From contig CBDHEC010000040.1 in NCBI GenBank assembly GCA_965261975.1, positions 1-55,694 on the forward strand: DNA of 55,694 nt. The letters are read 5' to 3'. Shown here piece by piece: positions 1 to 7,459 of the stretch. A program made the translations under genes and the position numbers. The notes under the pieces were generated by a model. The model was not told where the DNA came from. It saw only the letters and a list, made by a program, of their open reading frames with translations, and searched no databases. Positions within the stretch are counted from its first letter, which is position 1, and each line of letters opens with the position of its first letter. This stretch comes from Alphaproteobacteria bacterium (GTDB lineage Bacteria; Pseudomonadota; Alphaproteobacteria; UBA6615).

Positions 1-265
1 AAACGTAAGCCAGTACGCTGTTAATGCCGGGTCACCCACCGAGGGCACCCCGTTCAAGGCCGCGCTGGCCTACAAGGCTGCGGACTTCCGTGGCGCCGTG
101 GATGATGCCCTCGCCTCGGCGGGAGGGTCCGGCACAGTGCCGACGCCGACCCGAGTTGAGTTTGGGGCCCGTGGCGGGACACAGCGCCTGGTGGGCCACC
201 TCAGGGCGTTCTCCTACTACCCCACCCGCCTTCCCGATGCACAGATACAGGCGTTGACGGCATGA
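1..265 (+). CDS. Phage tail/virion protein, C-terminal part (LamG/ConA-like end); 5' truncated
   Basis: Frame starting at nt 2 reads ...KAALAYKAADFRGAVD...SGTVPTPTRVEFG...GHLRAFSYYPTRLPDAQIQALTA*, a typical C-terminus of phage LamG-like tail proteins. Not in the ORF track because it has no start in the window. Confidence 0.7.
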   Translation, partial: NVSQYAVNAGSPTEGTPFKAALAYKAADFRGAVDDALASAGGSGTVPTPTRVEFGARGGTQRLVGHLRAFSYYPTRLPDAQIQALTA

Positions 266-420
266 GGTGGTTGGCCCTGACGACATTCCTCGTTCTGGCG
301 GCGTGTGAGTCTGCGCCGGTATCCGGCCCAATGGTCCCCGGTGGTGAGGTTCGCGCCCCCCACGGTCATCTGACCTTGTGTCGAAACAATCCGGAGCATG
401 TGTCATGTCTCGACAGATAG
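262..420 (+). CDS. Small lipoprotein (52 aa) resembling the N-terminal segment of BTLCP proteases
   Basis: ATG overlaps the upstream stop (ATGA). MRWLALTTFLVLAAC is a signal peptide with lipobox, followed by MVPGGEVRAPHGHLTLCRNNPEHVSC. Confidence 0.7.
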   Translation: MRWLALTTFLVLAACESAPVSGPMVPGGEVRAPHGHLTLCRNNPEHVSCLDR

Positions 421-788
421 CCGACGCCGTGTTCGCACAGGTCAAGTCGGGGTTCATCTGGACCTCGGATAAAGACCAGTACGAGGTATCGGACGATTGG
501 CGGACGCACACTGACGCTGTGCGGGCCGGCGAGGTCTGGCGTGATGACTGTGACGGGTTCGCCGCGACCGCAATGGAACTGGCCGCGGAGCAGGGCGCAC
601 GGGCCGCGCTGGTGTTCTGTTACACCGAGGCGAACGAGGCCCATCTGGTCTGCGCCGTTCTGGACGACGAGGACGCTTGGATCATCGACAACCGCCAACG
701 CTCCGTTAAGTCATGGAGTGACATCCCCTACCGCTGGCGAACGATGTGTGAGACCGGCAAGTGGCGCACCATCAAAGGAGTATCATGA
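405..788 (+). CDS. Transglutaminase-like cysteine peptidase (BTLCP/LapG-like), catalytic domain only
   Basis: SDKDQYEVSDDW, DDCDGFA (Cys), EAHLVCAV (His), IIDNR (Asp) and PYRW motifs; GGAG 8 nt upstream of the ATG at 405. Confidence 0.8.
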   Translation: MSRQIADAVFAQVKSGFIWTSDKDQYEVSDDWRTHTDAVRAGEVWRDDCDGFAATAMELAAEQGARAALVFCYTEANEAHLVCAVLDDEDAWIIDNRQRSVKSWSDIPYRWRTMCETGKWRTIKGVS

Positions 789-1108
789 TGACCATGTTTC
801 ACCTACGAGCCTCTTCCGAGAAGGCTATGTACGACGAGGTCGCTCAAGTATTGGACGGTGTCGTCGTACAGGACGAGAACGGTGAGGATGCGCTGCGTCT
901 CTACACCCACCGTTGGGCGTTGGATTGGGACATCCCGATCGTACTAACACCAGCAGTGTTAGACACCGAAGGTGCCGTTAGCGTTCCCGCGGTGATGTCC
1001 ACGGACTTCCACGCGAACCTCCTGATCATCGACCCGGACGCTCTCCTCGACTTCCCCTTCGGCATCGAGAGTGTGAACCCTGTGAACCCCCAGCGAGGCT
1101 TTGCGTGA
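788..1108 (+). CDS. Phage hypothetical protein, probably tail-associated
   Basis: AAAGGAG RBS; ...FHANL...PVNPQRGFA C-terminus of the kind seen in small genes beside phage tail genes. Start may be 785. Confidence 0.6.
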   Translation: MTMFHLRASSEKAMYDEVAQVLDGVVVQDENGEDALRLYTHRWALDWDIPIVLTPAVLDTEGAVSVPAVMSTDFHANLLIIDPDALLDFPFGIESVNPVNPQRGFA

Positions 1109-1356
1109 CTGACCGCAACATGACCTCCACGCGGTTACACGACGCCCTCCTAGAGGCACTCGTCGATCGCGTGGAGAACGGTGAAACCGTATTACCCAAG
1201 GGTGGCGACGAGCCTGTCACAGTAGACGCGCCTGCAGCCACCCTGAGTGCGGCCATCAACTTCCTGAAGACGTTTCCCCCAGGGGACGACGACGCGAAGG
1301 GCCCTCTCGGCGACAAGCTGAAACAGTACGCAGACGACATGCCCTTCAAGGACTAA
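1105..1356 (+). CDS. Terminase small subunit (T7 gp18-like)
   Basis: 83 aa with the LHDALLEALVDRVENGE...AATLSAAINFLK pattern; directly upstream of the large subunit. Confidence 0.75.
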   Translation: MTDRNMTSTRLHDALLEALVDRVENGETVLPKGGDEPVTVDAPAATLSAAINFLKTFPPGDDDAKGPLGDKLKQYADDMPFKD

Positions 1357-1359
1357 CAC

Positions 1360-3378
1360 ATGCTCCAACCCCTGATGATCGACGGAAGGCCACACTGGGA
1401 AACTCGTTTCGACGAGGCCCTGTGGCCAGCCTTCGAGGACTTCCGTAACTTCCTCACGATCACATGGAAGCACTTGGGTCTCCCGGCTCCCACTCCTGCT
1501 CAGTATGAAGCGGCTCATCGCCTCCAGTATGGCGTGGACACCGCTGAGTTCGACGACATGTTCGAGAGCGGGACGTGGGAGACCACTCGGGAACTTAAGG
1601 AACACCTAATGTACAACGGGGATGTCCGAGAGGACATCATCCGTGCCTTCCGTGCATTAGGAAAGTCTTATATTACGAGTGCGTTCACGCTCTGGAAACT
1701 GATGCGTAACCCTCGTGACGAGAAGGTGCTGGTCATCTCAGCGTCCGGCTCCAAGGCCAAGGAGTTCGTCGATCAGACGAAGGGTCTCATGGAGTCCATG
1801 GAGATCGCTCAGTGGCTCCTCGACGGACCCCGCGAAAACGGAGCGCGTCGGCGTGACAAGACTGACGAGTTCGATGTGGCCGGGGCGTCTCTCACGCAGT
1901 CACACTCCGTGTCGGCGCGGGGTATCGATGGTCAGATCACCGGCTCTCGAGCCACGACCATCATCCCTGATGACATTGAGATCATGCGTAACTCCAAGAC
2001 GGAGGACGCGCGTGCAAACATCCTGAGGACCATCCGGTCTGACTTGGGTCCTATCCGCCGTACCGAGCACGGCATGGGCGACATCATCTTTCTGGGTACG
2101 CCTCAGACTGAGGAGAGTTGCTACAACGTGCTGGTCGAGGAGATGGGCTATTCGTGCTGGTGTGTTCCGGTGCGATACCCTGCCGCGGACAAGCTGGACA
2201 ACTACATCCTCACCTATGAGGAGACCGGCGAGAAGCGCAACATCCTTGCGCCGTACCTTCGCCGACTTGCCGACAACGGAACGTTGACCCACGGTCAACC
2301 TACCGACACACGCTTCGGCATCGATGAGTTGATCAAGCAGGAGTCGCAGGGACGGGCTGAGTTCGCCCTGCAGTACATGCTCGATACGTCACTCAGTGAC
2401 GCAGAGCGTTACCCGTTACGTCAGCATGACCTGCTCGTGTTCTCCCTGAACCATCACAAGGCACCCCTTACGATCCAGTGGGGACGGGACAGTGACGACA
2501 AGAACGTCGTCAGTGACATCTCGAACCTAGGGTTCTCAGGTGACTACTTCCTCCGCCCACTCTTCGTTGACGATGAGTGGCGTCCCTACGACGGCGTCAT
2601 GCTGTACGTTGATCCTGCCGGTAGAGGTAAGGATGAGACGGCGTGGTGCGTCATGGCGACACTGGGGGGCACCATGTACGTCCTCCATATAGGAGGGAAC
2701 AAGGGTGACCCCGCTGAGGCCATGGAGCAGATTGCCAAGGATGCGAAGCGCTTCAAGGTCAACGTGGTCGAGGTCGAGCCGAACTTCGGGCAAGGCATGT
2801 GGACCACGGCGTTCCACCCGATCCTCAAGGAACACTGGGTGGAGCAGAAGGCCGCGGTGGTGACGCCGGGTGAACAGAAGACCGTGCGTCAGTCCAAGGA
2901 CGACATGCTGTGCTTCATCCAGGAGTCAGAGTGGGCCAAGGGTCAGAAGGAAGTGCGTATCATCGACACGCTCGAGCCTGTCATGACAACGCACCGCCTC
3001 GTGGTCGATGAGTCCGTCCTGCGGGCCGACATCGATCGCGCCAAGAAGACCGATGGCGCCGAGAACATCCTCTCCTACTCCTTCCTCTACCAGCTAACAC
3101 ACGTCACACACGAACGTGGTGCCCTCAAGCACGACGACAGGTTGGACGCTGTGGCTGGCGCTGTGGCTCACTATCAGGCCGCGGCGGCACTGGATGCCTC
3201 CGATGAGCGCACCCAACGCCTCGACAACGAGTTCGATGAGTTGGTCGATCAGTGGTACGAGGATTGGGAAGAGGGATTTGTCGTGGGACGCACCGGGGAC
3301 ATGGGGCAACGCAGTATGCGTTCCAAAGCCCGCGTACTCGGTGAAGAGCAACACGAGGTCATTCAGTGGTCCTCGTAG
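1360..3378 (+). CDS. Terminase large subunit (T7 gp19-like)
   Basis: DFRNFL, AFRALGKSYITSAF (Walker A), GQITGSRA..IIPDDIE (Walker B), LGTPQTE, FALQYMLDTSLSDAERYPL, VDPAGRGKDETA, KEVRIIDTLEPVM, HDDRLDAVA. Confidence 0.95.
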   Translation: MLQPLMIDGRPHWETRFDEALWPAFEDFRNFLTITWKHLGLPAPTPAQYEAAHRLQYGVDTAEFDDMFESGTWETTRELKEHLMYNGDVREDIIRAFRALGKSYITSAFTLWKLMRNPRDEKVLVISASGSKAKEFVDQTKGLMESMEIAQWLLDGPRENGARRRDKTDEFDVAGASLTQSHSVSARGIDGQITGSRATTIIPDDIEIMRNSKTEDARANILRTIRSDLGPIRRTEHGMGDIIFLGTPQTEESCYNVLVEEMGYSCWCVPVRYPAADKLDNYILTYEETGEKRNILAPYLRRLADNGTLTHGQPTDTRFGIDELIKQESQGRAEFALQYMLDTSLSDAERYPLRQHDLLVFSLNHHKAPLTIQWGRDSDDKNVVSDISNLGFSGDYFLRPLFVDDEWRPYDGVMLYVDPAGRGKDETAWCVMATLGGTMYVLHIGGNKGDPAEAMEQIAKDAKRFKVNVVEVEPNFGQGMWTTAFHPILKEHWVEQKAAVVTPGEQKTVRQSKDDMLCFIQESEWAKGQKEVRIIDTLEPVMTTHRLVVDESVLRADIDRAKKTDGAENILSYSFLYQLTHVTHERGALKHDDRLDAVAGAVAHYQAAAALDASDERTQRLDNEFDELVDQWYEDWEEGFVVGRTGDMGQRSMRSKARVLGEEQHEVIQWSS

Positions 3379-3545
3379 CAGACTTGTGTCACCTAGGGTA
3401 TAACCTACTGTATGTTGCGTTGTACCCTAGGAGGCCCTCAGGGAGTCACTGAGAGGCGTTGGGTCCTAAGTGGACTCCTCGTACCTCTGTGAGGCTTAGA
3501 GCCGCTCCTGAGGGCTCCTGAGGCGTCCTGCGTGCACTCTGCGTA
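3379..3545. repeat. Cluster of short CCTAGG/CCTNAGG-type repeats after terL
   Basis: CCTAGG at 3392 and 3426, CCTCAGG at 3436, CCTAAG at 3465, tandem GCTCCTGAGG x2 at 3504-3523. Confidence 0.6.
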
Positions 3546-3559
3546 GATGGATGGGGTGT

Positions 3560-3635
3560 CCCAGCGTTAGACGGGTAGTGCGAGGAGTTGGCGCTGATCA
3601 CCCAGCGTCAGACGGTAAGTGCGAGGAGTTGGCGC
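3560..3635 (+). repeat. Imperfect 35-bp direct repeat x2
   Basis: CCCAGCGTTAGACGGGTAGTGCGAGGAGTTGGCGC (3560-3594) versus CCCAGCGTCAGACGGTAAGTGCGAGGAGTTGGCGC (3601-3635). Confidence 0.9.
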
Positions 3636-4003
3636 AGGGTGTCGGCGCGATGCGCTTCACTTTCAAATATCGTCTCGATTCATAGACAGATAAATCCCCG
3701 CGCGCAAAAACGTGACTTCCCCCTGGCCCCCCCTCGCGCGATCGAAAGGGGGTGGGGGCGATTGCTGGCGGCGCGTGCCCATGGGCGGCGCGGCGGCACG
3801 CTGGCGGCACACTGGGACACGCTGGGCACGCTAGGCCGCGCATGGCGTGGCGTGTGTAGGGCAGGCGTGCGGACTAGGCAAGCGCTGGCCATGGTGCAGG
3901 CGTGTGGCGTGGGGCGGCATAGGGGGGCGGAAGGGCGCGGCGTGGCGTGCGGATTGAAAGCGGCGCAGACACGTGAGCCGGTGTGCCACTGTTTTTTTTT
4001 GCC

Positions 4004-4051
4004 TACAACGAAATTATCAGTTGATATTCCTCTAGACCATCTTTATATACT
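4004..4051 (+). promoter_or_regulatory. Early sigma70-type promoter with overlapping operator-like palindrome (copy 1)
   Basis: TACAACGAAATTATCAGTTGA followed by TTGATA-N17-TATATA; near-identical block at 7460-7505; T9 tract upstream. Confidence 0.7.
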
Positions 4052-4114
4052 GGGGAGCGGCGCAATCGTGCGCACGCATTCCGGGCCCAGCCCGGCGCAC
4101 AAAGGGGCGCGAAC

Positions 4115-4330
4115 ATGACGACACAGAACCGCCATAAGGCCGCACGCATAGCCGCACGGCGCGAACGTTTCGCCACCCGTGCCGCACAAGCGGCGCACCC
4201 GCAACTTCGCGATAGCGTCGAACGCATAGCGGATTATTTCGCGCTGCACGGCACAACGCCTAAGCGCGCAACCATCGAGCCCCGGCGCAATCGTGCGTCG
4301 GCGGTTCGTATCATCTCAACGGAAGGCTAG
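4115..4330 (+). CDS. First early gene; Arg/Ala-rich basic hypothetical protein
   Basis: First ORF after the promoter, AAAGGGG RBS, stop abuts the RBS of the next gene. Confidence 0.6.
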   Translation: MTTQNRHKAARIAARRERFATRAAQAAHPQLRDSVERIADYFALHGTTPKRATIEPRRNRASAVRIISTEG

Positions 4331-4334
4331 AACC

Positions 4335-4649
4335 ATGAATATTCACACTTACAAAGTCGCCAAAAATCGCGGTAACGACCGCGTGTGGATCGAGGGTAAC
4401 CGCCTGTTAGACGCGGGCATCGAGCGTGGCGCAGAGTATCAGCAACGCGTACTCCCGGACCATATCGTTCTGGACTTTGCGCCAACGCCGGACGGCGGGC
4501 GGATCAAGCGCGTCGCAGGGTCCGACAAGCGCCCGATTATCGACATTAATAGCGCAGTGATCACGCGGTTCATGGCGGGCGCGGAGCACTACACCGCGTC
4601 GTTCGATAACACCGGCAACGCGCCAGTGATCACGATCCAGCGCGCGTAA
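4335..4649 (+). CDS. Stand-alone domain resembling SymE/AbrB-like folds and the N-terminus of some mobile-element cytosine methyltransferases
   Basis: KNRGNDRVWIEGNRLLDAGIERG...RVAGSDKRPIIDINS; CAACGGAAGG RBS before the ATG at 4335. Confidence 0.6.
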   Translation: MNIHTYKVAKNRGNDRVWIEGNRLLDAGIERGAEYQQRVLPDHIVLDFAPTPDGGRIKRVAGSDKRPIIDINSAVITRFMAGAEHYTASFDNTGNAPVITIQRA

Positions 4650-4674
4650 CGCCGCGCCACAATCCGCGCCATTG

Positions 4675-4745
4675 GGCCGCGTCCGGAAAACTGGGCGCGG
4701 CCTTTTGCGTGCCCGCTACTGGGCAAACGGAAGGAACGTAAAGTT
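4675..4745 (+). promoter_or_regulatory. Intergenic hairpin/RBS module A
   Basis: GGCCGCGTCCGG-AAAA-CTGGGCGCGGCC stem, then TTTTGCGT, small hairpin TGCCC..GGGCA, then AACGGAAGG. Confidence 0.7.
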
Positions 4746-5492
4746 ATGAGCAAGCCAACAGGATATTGCATTTATCGCGGCCCCAGCCTGCTAGACGGCG
4801 CGCCGATCATGGTGATCGCGACGACAAAATCGAGCAATGCGAAGACCGCCAACATGGTTCAGACGTGGATAATCCGTGAAGATATAGACCCGCTGGCCGC
4901 GTCGCGTACCGGCGCGGACTTTGCTATCTGCGGCACGTGCCCGCACCGCGGCACGCCGCACAACGGGGACAAGGGCCAAGCTAAGGGCCGTTCGTGTTAT
5001 GTGGCGCTAATGCACGCGCCCCTGAACGTATTCAAAACGTTCCATCGCGGACGCTATCCGGACGCGTTCGGGCATGCGGCTATTGCCGACATTGGGCGCG
5101 GGCGCATGGTGCGCATTGGGTCCTATGGCGACGGCGCTGCGGTCCCACAATATGTATGGGACAGTCTTATCAGCGAGGCCACCGGGCACACGGCGTACTC
5201 ACATCAGGCGGAAACGCCGGGTGCGGCATTCGAGCCCCAAATGTACATGCGATCCGCTGACACTCTCGCAATGGCCCAAAACGCATGGGACAAAGGTCAG
5301 CGCACTTTCCGGGTGATTGGCGACGTTGACGAAGTTTCCCTGGGTAACGAGATACTGTGCCCGGCGAGCGAAGAGGCTGGACGGCGCACAACGTGTGACA
5401 CGTGCGGATTGTGCGCGGGTGCAGGCAAGGCCGCGAAGTCGATTGCGATTGTGGCACATGGTGCAGGCGCGCGGAATTTCGTGCCTGCGTAG
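4746..5492 (+). CDS. Cys-rich phage protein, gp88/radical-SAM-like putative Fe-S protein
   Basis: NAKTANMVQTW, CGTCPH..CYV, RIGSYGDGAAVP, TAYSHQ, and C-terminal CPA..TTCDTCGLC..IAIVAHG. Confidence 0.6.
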   Translation: MSKPTGYCIYRGPSLLDGAPIMVIATTKSSNAKTANMVQTWIIREDIDPLAASRTGADFAICGTCPHRGTPHNGDKGQAKGRSCYVALMHAPLNVFKTFHRGRYPDAFGHAAIADIGRGRMVRIGSYGDGAAVPQYVWDSLISEATGHTAYSHQAETPGAAFEPQMYMRSADTLAMAQNAWDKGQRTFRVIGDVDEVSLGNEILCPASEEAGRRTTCDTCGLCAGAGKAAKSIAIVAHGAGARNFVPA

Positions 5493-5591
5493 TACAACAG
5501 AATAATCAGTTACAGGCGCACTAGGTCACAAGGCTTAGTGCGCCTTTGGCGTGCCTGCTGCTGGGCAAACATTCCCGGAAGGAACGAACCT
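5493..5591 (+). promoter_or_regulatory. Operator-like copy 2 plus intergenic hairpin/RBS module B
   Basis: TACAACAGAATAATCAGTTA, then stem AGGCGCACTAGG/CTTAGTGCGCCT (5514-5545), TTGGCGT, TGCCT..GGGCA and GGAAGG. Confidence 0.7.
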
Positions 5592-5798
5592 ATGATGATT
5601 GTTCATTACGACACCAAAAAAGAATTGAAAGCCGCTGTCGGGCTCGCACTCCGCTACAGCGAGACATCGATGTGCGGGCCCGAGTATCAACCCGACGGCG
5701 TGCTGACTGTCGCGCACCGCCCGCATATCACTGGGCGCGGGCGCGAGTTTTTCGCTCGGGTCACAATGGTAAACGGGTTGATTGCCCGCGTTCAATAG
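5592..5798 (+). CDS. Small phage hypothetical protein (68 aa)
   Basis: Y.TKKELK..G..LRYSETSM.GPEY..RPHITG.GREFFA.VTM.NGLI pattern recalled from aquatic phage hypotheticals; GGAAGG RBS. Confidence 0.7.
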   Translation: MMIVHYDTKKELKAAVGLALRYSETSMCGPEYQPDGVLTVAHRPHITGRGREFFARVTMVNGLIARVQ

Positions 5799-5816
5799 CC
5801 AACGCTGAACCAATGT

Positions 5817-5884
5817 GCCGCGCCGGGTCACAACCTTGCGCGGCCTTTGGCGTGTCTACAATCTACAACGGAAGGTACAGACAA
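5817..5884 (+). promoter_or_regulatory. Intergenic hairpin/RBS module C
   Basis: GCCGCGC..TCACAA..GCGCGGC stem, CTTTGGCGT, then CAACGGAAGG at 5866-5875. Confidence 0.65.
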
Positions 5885-6103
5885 ATGTTCTATCGGAAAG
5901 AATATCAGGCGGGTCACTCGCCGCGCGATGCGGCACTATTGGATCGATCGATCGAGAACGTGAAGCGGGAAACCCTCGCGATGCTTAAGGCAGGCGTGTG
6001 CGGCCTTGATCAGGCGACGCGGGAATTGCGTCAGGCCGGTTGCTTCGAGGCTGAGATCAGCGAACTCCTGGGCCGCGGTGCAACCGTGAACGTGGTGGCC
6101 TGA
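5885..6103 (+). CDS. Phage hypothetical protein
   Basis: ATG 9 nt after CAACGGAAGG; co-oriented with the early array. Confidence 0.6.
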   Translation: MFYRKEYQAGHSPRDAALLDRSIENVKRETLAMLKAGVCGLDQATRELRQAGCFEAEISELLGRGATVNVVA

Positions 6104-6104
6104 C

Positions 6105-6335
6105 ATGTTCACATTCGAGATTGTCAACGAGCCGTCCGGCATAGACGAGCCGGACAACTGGCAAGTGCACATGTGGGACGATACGCCGCCAGTGCGGCAT
6201 CTGTGCACGGTGATCAACGCAGCGGGTCATGAACAAGCTACACGGCTGGCGTATGCGCTCGTCTTCGCAGTGTTTCGCCATGGTGACGACGAGCACGCCA
6301 CTGTGGAGGGCCCTATCTACGGCTCCACAGCCTAG
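6105..6335 (+). CDS. Phage hypothetical protein
   Basis: Starts 1 nt after the upstream stop and fills the gap to module D. Confidence 0.55.
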   Translation: MFTFEIVNEPSGIDEPDNWQVHMWDDTPPVRHLCTVINAAGHEQATRLAYALVFAVFRHGDDEHATVEGPIYGSTA

Positions 6336-6354
6336 CGTGAACAGCAAGTGACTT

Positions 6355-6422
6355 AAGGCCTCGCCGGGGAAACTTGGTGGGGCCTTCGGCGTAGGAATAC
6401 ACAGCAACGGAAGGTGAAAACG
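6355..6422 (+). promoter_or_regulatory. Intergenic hairpin/RBS module D
   Basis: AAGGCCTCGCCGGG-GAAA-CTTGGTGGGGCCTT stem with several G-U pairs, CGGCGT, then ACAGCAACGGAAGG. Confidence 0.7.
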
Positions 6423-6632
6423 ATGTACCGAGTTTATGTAGATGGTGACGGACAAACCGTAGGTGACTTACTGATCGCGTTCGAGATCGCGGCGAGTGCG
6501 CATAAGGCGCGGGTGGTTGACTCGGATGAATACACCATCCGGGCCGATTGGATGTTCACGGATGGGCGACTGTTTGTGGCGCGTGTGAACGTGGGTGGAA
6601 AACTCCAGACCGTGCGTCGCAATCATGGCTAG
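6423..6632 (+). CDS. Phage hypothetical protein
   Basis: ATG 8 nt after GGAAGG. Confidence 0.55.
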   Translation: MYRVYVDGDGQTVGDLLIAFEIAASAHKARVVDSDEYTIRADWMFTDGRLFVARVNVGGKLQTVRRNHG

Positions 6633-6825
6633 TCGATGGGCCTATGGCGGCGCGTCACGCAAGGCCAACAGACGCAACGCGGCGATGCACAAGTATGGCT
6701 CCCGCATCCGGGTGGAGAACGACGCCGCTAAGGCACTCTCCGACCCGCAACAGCGCCCTAAGTCCATCCCGTCCGGGAAGGTCTACAAGCGCACCAACAA
6801 ACACAAGCAGGAGAACGAGACATGA
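6625..6825 (+). CDS. Small basic protein with ArfA-like motif
   Basis: NDAAKALSDPQQRPKSIPSGKVYKRTNKHK; overlaps both neighbouring genes. Confidence 0.55.
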   Translation: MASRWAYGGASRKANRRNAAMHKYGSRIRVENDAAKALSDPQQRPKSIPSGKVYKRTNKHKQENET

Positions 6826-7235
6826 GCACCATGACAGGCGACATCCGACACTTCACGTGCCCCAAATGTGGCTCTAAGGACGTTCGCGCGACAGTCTTCG
6901 CGGGGTATCGCCAGAACGAAGACGGCAGTTGGGATATTCCCTGGATCGAAGAGACCGACGACGAGGGTCTGGTGATTTGTCAACTCTGCGAACACGAAGG
7001 CACCTACGACGACTTCGACACCGAGGCGTTGCTCAAGGCCGAGGAAGCGGTGCAGGAGCACCATGAGTACACCGTGCGTGACACCATCACATTTGAGCGT
7101 GTGGCTGTGGTGCAGGCGCAGAATGAGGACGAGGCGCTTGACAAGGCTGACGCTGCAATCAGCGCCGGGGAATACACTGAGACGCAGGTGGACAACACAC
7201 CGTGGGACGTCACGGGCGGTGACGACGATGCCTGA
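6822..7235 (+). CDS. Acidic Zn-ribbon protein
   Basis: CPKC...CQLC; about 34 Asp/Glu versus about 9 Lys/Arg in 137 aa; C-terminal V.AQNEDEALDKA motif; AGGAG RBS. Confidence 0.75.
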   Translation: MSTMTGDIRHFTCPKCGSKDVRATVFAGYRQNEDGSWDIPWIEETDDEGLVICQLCEHEGTYDDFDTEALLKAEEAVQEHHEYTVRDTITFERVAVVQAQNEDEALDKADAAISAGEYTETQVDNTPWDVTGGDDDA

Positions 7236-7458
7236 GCCCGTCACACGTTACGTGTTCCTGTACGACGAGCCTGTCAGCCTGCACCAGATCGGCGCAGGGT
7301 TGCGGAAGGTCACAGCCATCGTTGGGCGCAAGTGGGTCCGGGTGAAGTCAGCGGAAGGTGACACGCACCGGAACTTCATCCGCATTCGCCGTCACCAGTG
7401 GGAGCAGATTGTAGCTGACACTGCGAAGCGGGGCTTACCCTTTTCGCTTACACCCTGA
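7228..7458 (+). CDS. Phage hypothetical protein
   Basis: ATG overlaps the upstream gene end; YDEP..IGAGLRKV..VGRKWVRV motif. Confidence 0.65.
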   Translation: MPEPVTRYVFLYDEPVSLHQIGAGLRKVTAIVGRKWVRVKSAEGDTHRNFIRIRRHQWEQIVADTAKRGLPFSLTP

Positions 7459-7459
7459 G

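Noticed and set aside
262-420. o-spanin (Rz1) call for the small lipoprotein
   Set aside because: No adjacent i-spanin with a TM helix and coiled coil; similarity to the BTLCP N-terminus and overlap with the BTLCP catalytic ORF explain it better. Not fully excluded.
3588-4118. 176-aa ORF across the terminal junction
   Set aside because: TTG start without RBS, low-complexity Arg/Gly/Ala product arising from G-rich repeats, and it runs through the predicted promoter.
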